Positions 13,453 to 16,032 of a stretch of DNA of 16,032 nucleotides are shown piece by piece. Every line of letters starts with the position of its first letter. Position 1 is the stretch's first letter. A program made the position numbers and the translations under genes. Source of the stretch: Nitrospirota bacterium (GTDB lineage: Bacteria; Nitrospirota; Thermodesulfovibrionia; Thermodesulfovibrionales; Dissulfurispiraceae). The notes beneath the pieces are model-generated. The model made no database searches and was not told the origin of the DNA. It was given only the letters and a program-made list of their open reading frames with translations. The stretch is from the NCBI GenBank assembly GCA_040758355.1, contig JBFLWF010000041.1, positions 1-16,032 on the forward strand, read 5' to 3'.

Positions 13453-15910
13453 ATGGAAAACATACATGATATGCATAAAACACAGCCGAATTTGTTTAAG
13501 GATGTCTGGACAACATCGGGCATCTTTTCAAGCCATTATCTCTTAGAACGCCTGCCGCAAGCAGGGCCAAAAATATGGCCTTCTGACGAAGAAGTACTCT
13601 CTGCATATAAAGCTATTCAAGAATTATATAAGAAGAATATAGTCGGCTTGAGAAAAGGAAACGAAGCCAACACCGAAAGAAGATTTATTGACAAAGTTTT
13701 TAATGAATTAGGGTTTGGTTATCTTAATCAGGATAAAATCCCGGAAGCAGAGCGCAGACAAGTGCCGGATTATTTTCTCTATTCTACGCCAGAAGAAGCC
13801 GGCAAAGCTTTTGAACTGTCCCCACATAAGAAATACAAGCTCTCAATCTCAATCGCAGAAGCGAAACGATGGGATCATAACTTAGACCAGCCATCTTCCG
13901 GCAAAGGAAAGGCTCCCGGAGGCAGGTATCCTCATCAGCAGATAAGGGATTATCTGAATGAATCAGAACATATTAAATGGGGAATTCTGACTAATGGCAA
14001 AGAGTGGAGACTTTATTTCAAGGAAGGTCGTTCAAGCAAATTCTTTGAGATAGACCTTGAGGCGTGTCTTGAAGACCTACAGAAGTTCAGGTATTTCTAT
14101 GTTCTTTTCAGGCCTGATGCCTTTATAAAAGACAGTTCTAACAGATGTCTGCTTGATAATATTTTTGACGAATCTCTGAGATTTCAGGAAAATGTAGAAA
14201 AAGACCTCAGAGAGAGAGTCTTTAAATGCGTTGAATGGCTTGGACATGGCTTTTTATCCAGAGAAGAAAACCATTTATCAGAAAAAGACCTTGACTCTAT
14301 ATACCACCACAGTCTGATTCTTTTATATAGGATACTTTTTGTGCTTAATGCAGAGGCGAGAGACCTTCTTCCAACAAATCCTCAGACAAAATATTACAAA
14401 CATTACGGCATCCAGAGAATAAAAGATAGGGTCGGACACGAAAAGGGAGAATTCATAAGCGCTAAAACAGTTTTATATGATGAACTTTCAGCCCTCTTTC
14501 ATTTGATCAACGGAAGCGATGAAAAGCTCAACAGGGATATGAACATACCGAGATACAATGGCGGTCTTTTTGATCCTGAAAGATATAAGTTCCTTGAAGA
14601 AAAGAAGGTCGGAGATGATGTTCTTTCGGAAATAATTTATGAACTCTCCAACCGCACTGATAAAAACGGTGATATTCACAGCATTGATTACAAAGGGCTC
14701 GGTGAGAGACATCTTGGAACTGTTTATGAAGGACTGCTTGAGCATAGGTTTAGTTTCGATAAAGGCAAAGTGGTTCTTAAAAACGACAAGGGCGAACGGA
14801 AAGCAACAGGGGCATATTATACGCCTGACTATATTGTGAAATATATTGTTGAAAACACATTAACGCCGATACTCAAAGAGATAGACGAAAGGATTAAAAA
14901 AGAAAACAAAGGCATTAAAGATAATTTTTTTGCAAAAGAAGTTCTCCAACTCAACATCTGCGACCCTGCGATGGGTTCAGGCCATTTTCTTGTCGAGGCA
15001 GTTCAATATCTTGCGGATGAGATTGCTTACCATCCAACAACAGAGATAAAGACACCAAAAGGCGAAACAGAGGACGAGATTAATTACTGGAAGCGCAAGG
15101 TTGTAGAGTCCTGCATTTACGGTGTTGACATAAAAGAACTTGCAGTTGAACTTGCAAAGCTCTCCTTATGGCTTAAGACTGTTGATAAAAGCCAGCCGCT
15201 TAATTTTTTAGACCATCATCTGAGATGCGGCAACTCACTCATCGGCGCAAGGATAGCCGACCTGAATTATCTGCCTCAGTCAAAAGGAAAACAGAAAAAG
15301 ACAGAGGAACAGGACAGCCAGCTTGTGCTTTTTGATAAATCCCGCTTTAAAGAAGACATTACAACAGTAATAAAAGGCTTCCACTCGATAGAGGAAATGC
15401 CGAGCGAAAAGCTTTCGGACATAAAGGCAAAAGAAAAGACATTCAAAACATTGACTGAGGAACTGGATAGATACAGAGAAATTGCAAATCTCTGGACAAG
15501 TTTATTTTTTGGAAATAATCTTGAAGAAAAAGAGCAGGTATTTGAAGAACTCCTGAAAGACCAGTTCAGGTATCAGATGGACATCTTCGGTTCAGAGACC
15601 GAGGTTGCTGTAAAAAAGAAATCAAATGCAGGCATATCAAATCAGATTTACAGTTTTATTGTAAACTCGCTGCAAAGTCCAGACGGCAAGATGCAACTGC
15701 CAAAACTCGCATCATTGCTTGAGAAATCAGAAGCTATTTCCAAAGACAAGAATTTCTTTCACTGGGAACTTGAATTCCCAGAAGTATTTTTCAATGAAGA
15801 CGGAAGCCCGAAAGAGAATTCAGGATTTAATTGCGTGATTGGGAATCCGCCGTATGATGTTTTGTCAGAACTTGAACAGGGACGAGAGACGCAGCACGAA
15901 AAAGAATTTT
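13453..15910 (+). pseudogene. Type IIG (Eco57I-like) fused restriction endonuclease / N6-adenine methyltransferase, interrupted by an ISL3 insertion (5' portion; ORF reads into the IS and stops at 15924)
   Basis: N-terminal PD-(D/E)xK domain (VPDY...IAEAK, WGILTNGKEWRLY), YNGGLF, LGTVYEGLL, motif X RKATGAYYTP, motif I ICDPAMGSGHFL, IYGVD, FHWELEFPEVF, motif IV VIGNPPY (NPPY at 15844-15855). Later motifs and the target-recognition domain are absent; the final residues WLFV* derive from the IS end. Confidence 0.85.
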
Positions 15911-16032
15911 GGCTCTTCGTGTAATCGAGTGGGTCATTTTATATCTCCTTGAGCATACATGTAAGTATTTTCAGGCGCAGATACTCCTCGTCTCTGAGAC
16001 CGTAAGCCCTTCTCTGTATAACACGAATTTTG
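15911..16032 (-). mobile_element. Right end of an ISL3-family insertion sequence (continues beyond the window)
   Basis: Begins GGCTCTTCG at 15911, the GGCTCT terminus typical of ISL3, directly after an AT-rich target (AGAATTTT). The ISL3 transposase C-terminus lies on the minus strand and stops 28 nt inside the end. Confidence 0.88.
15939..16032 (-). CDS. ISL3-family transposase, C-terminal 30 aa (partial)
   Basis: Manual translation of the minus strand from 16031 gives KIRVIQRRAYGLRDEEYLRLKILTCMLKEI*, matching the ISL3 C-terminal signature (N)KI+vi+RrAYG.r..ey..LKI. Not in the ORF track. Confidence 0.88.
   Translation of the reverse strand, partial: KIRVIQRRAYGLRDEEYLRLKILTCMLKEI

Noticed and set aside
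168..14839. Numerous 60-200 aa ORFs antisense to or nested within the main genes (e.g. 4602-5000, 5757-6140, 8306-8725, 12766-13368, 14639-14839)
   Set aside because: They overlap well-supported conserved genes, have no recognisable motifs, and show the composition typical of shadow frames.
13453..15924. Assignment of the methyltransferase to BREX (PglX) or DISARM
   Set aside because: No brx/pgl/drm partner genes are in the window, and the N-terminal PD-(D/E)xK domain with WGILTNG fits a stand-alone type IIG enzyme; downstream context is not visible.
15904..16032. GAATTTTG at both 15904-15911 and 16025-16032 as the target duplication of a 120-bp MITE
   Set aside because: The second copy lies inside the transposase coding sequence (KIR codons) at the arbitrary window edge, and no second inverted repeat is present; treated as coincidence.

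Overview
Bacterial chromosomal window with almost all genes on the + strand. The gene set and style suggest an anaerobe such as a Thermodesulfovibrionia-like Nitrospirota; this is an inference, not verified. Gene order: REC-HD-GYP response regulator, RNase J, site-2 protease, TrmH-family methyltransferase | rplI, dnaB, MEMO1/AmrB, mobA, tatA, alr | PA2779-like protein, PA2778-like C39 cysteine peptidase, TPR lipoprotein | aspartate aminotransferase | AAA+/DUF4143 ATPase and a type IIG (Eco57I-like) restriction-modification gene. The R-M gene is cut shortly after its NPPY motif by an ISL3-family insertion sequence that the ORF track misses (15911 to the window end). The most unusual feature is three elements built from degenerate 7-8 bp tandem repeats followed by their inverted complement (5079-5186, 9734-9867, 10361-10495). 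Each uses a different unit, sits at a gene junction, and has the purine-rich arm first. In two cases the pyrimidine-rich arm encodes much or all of the hydrophobic core of a predicted lipoprotein signal peptide.
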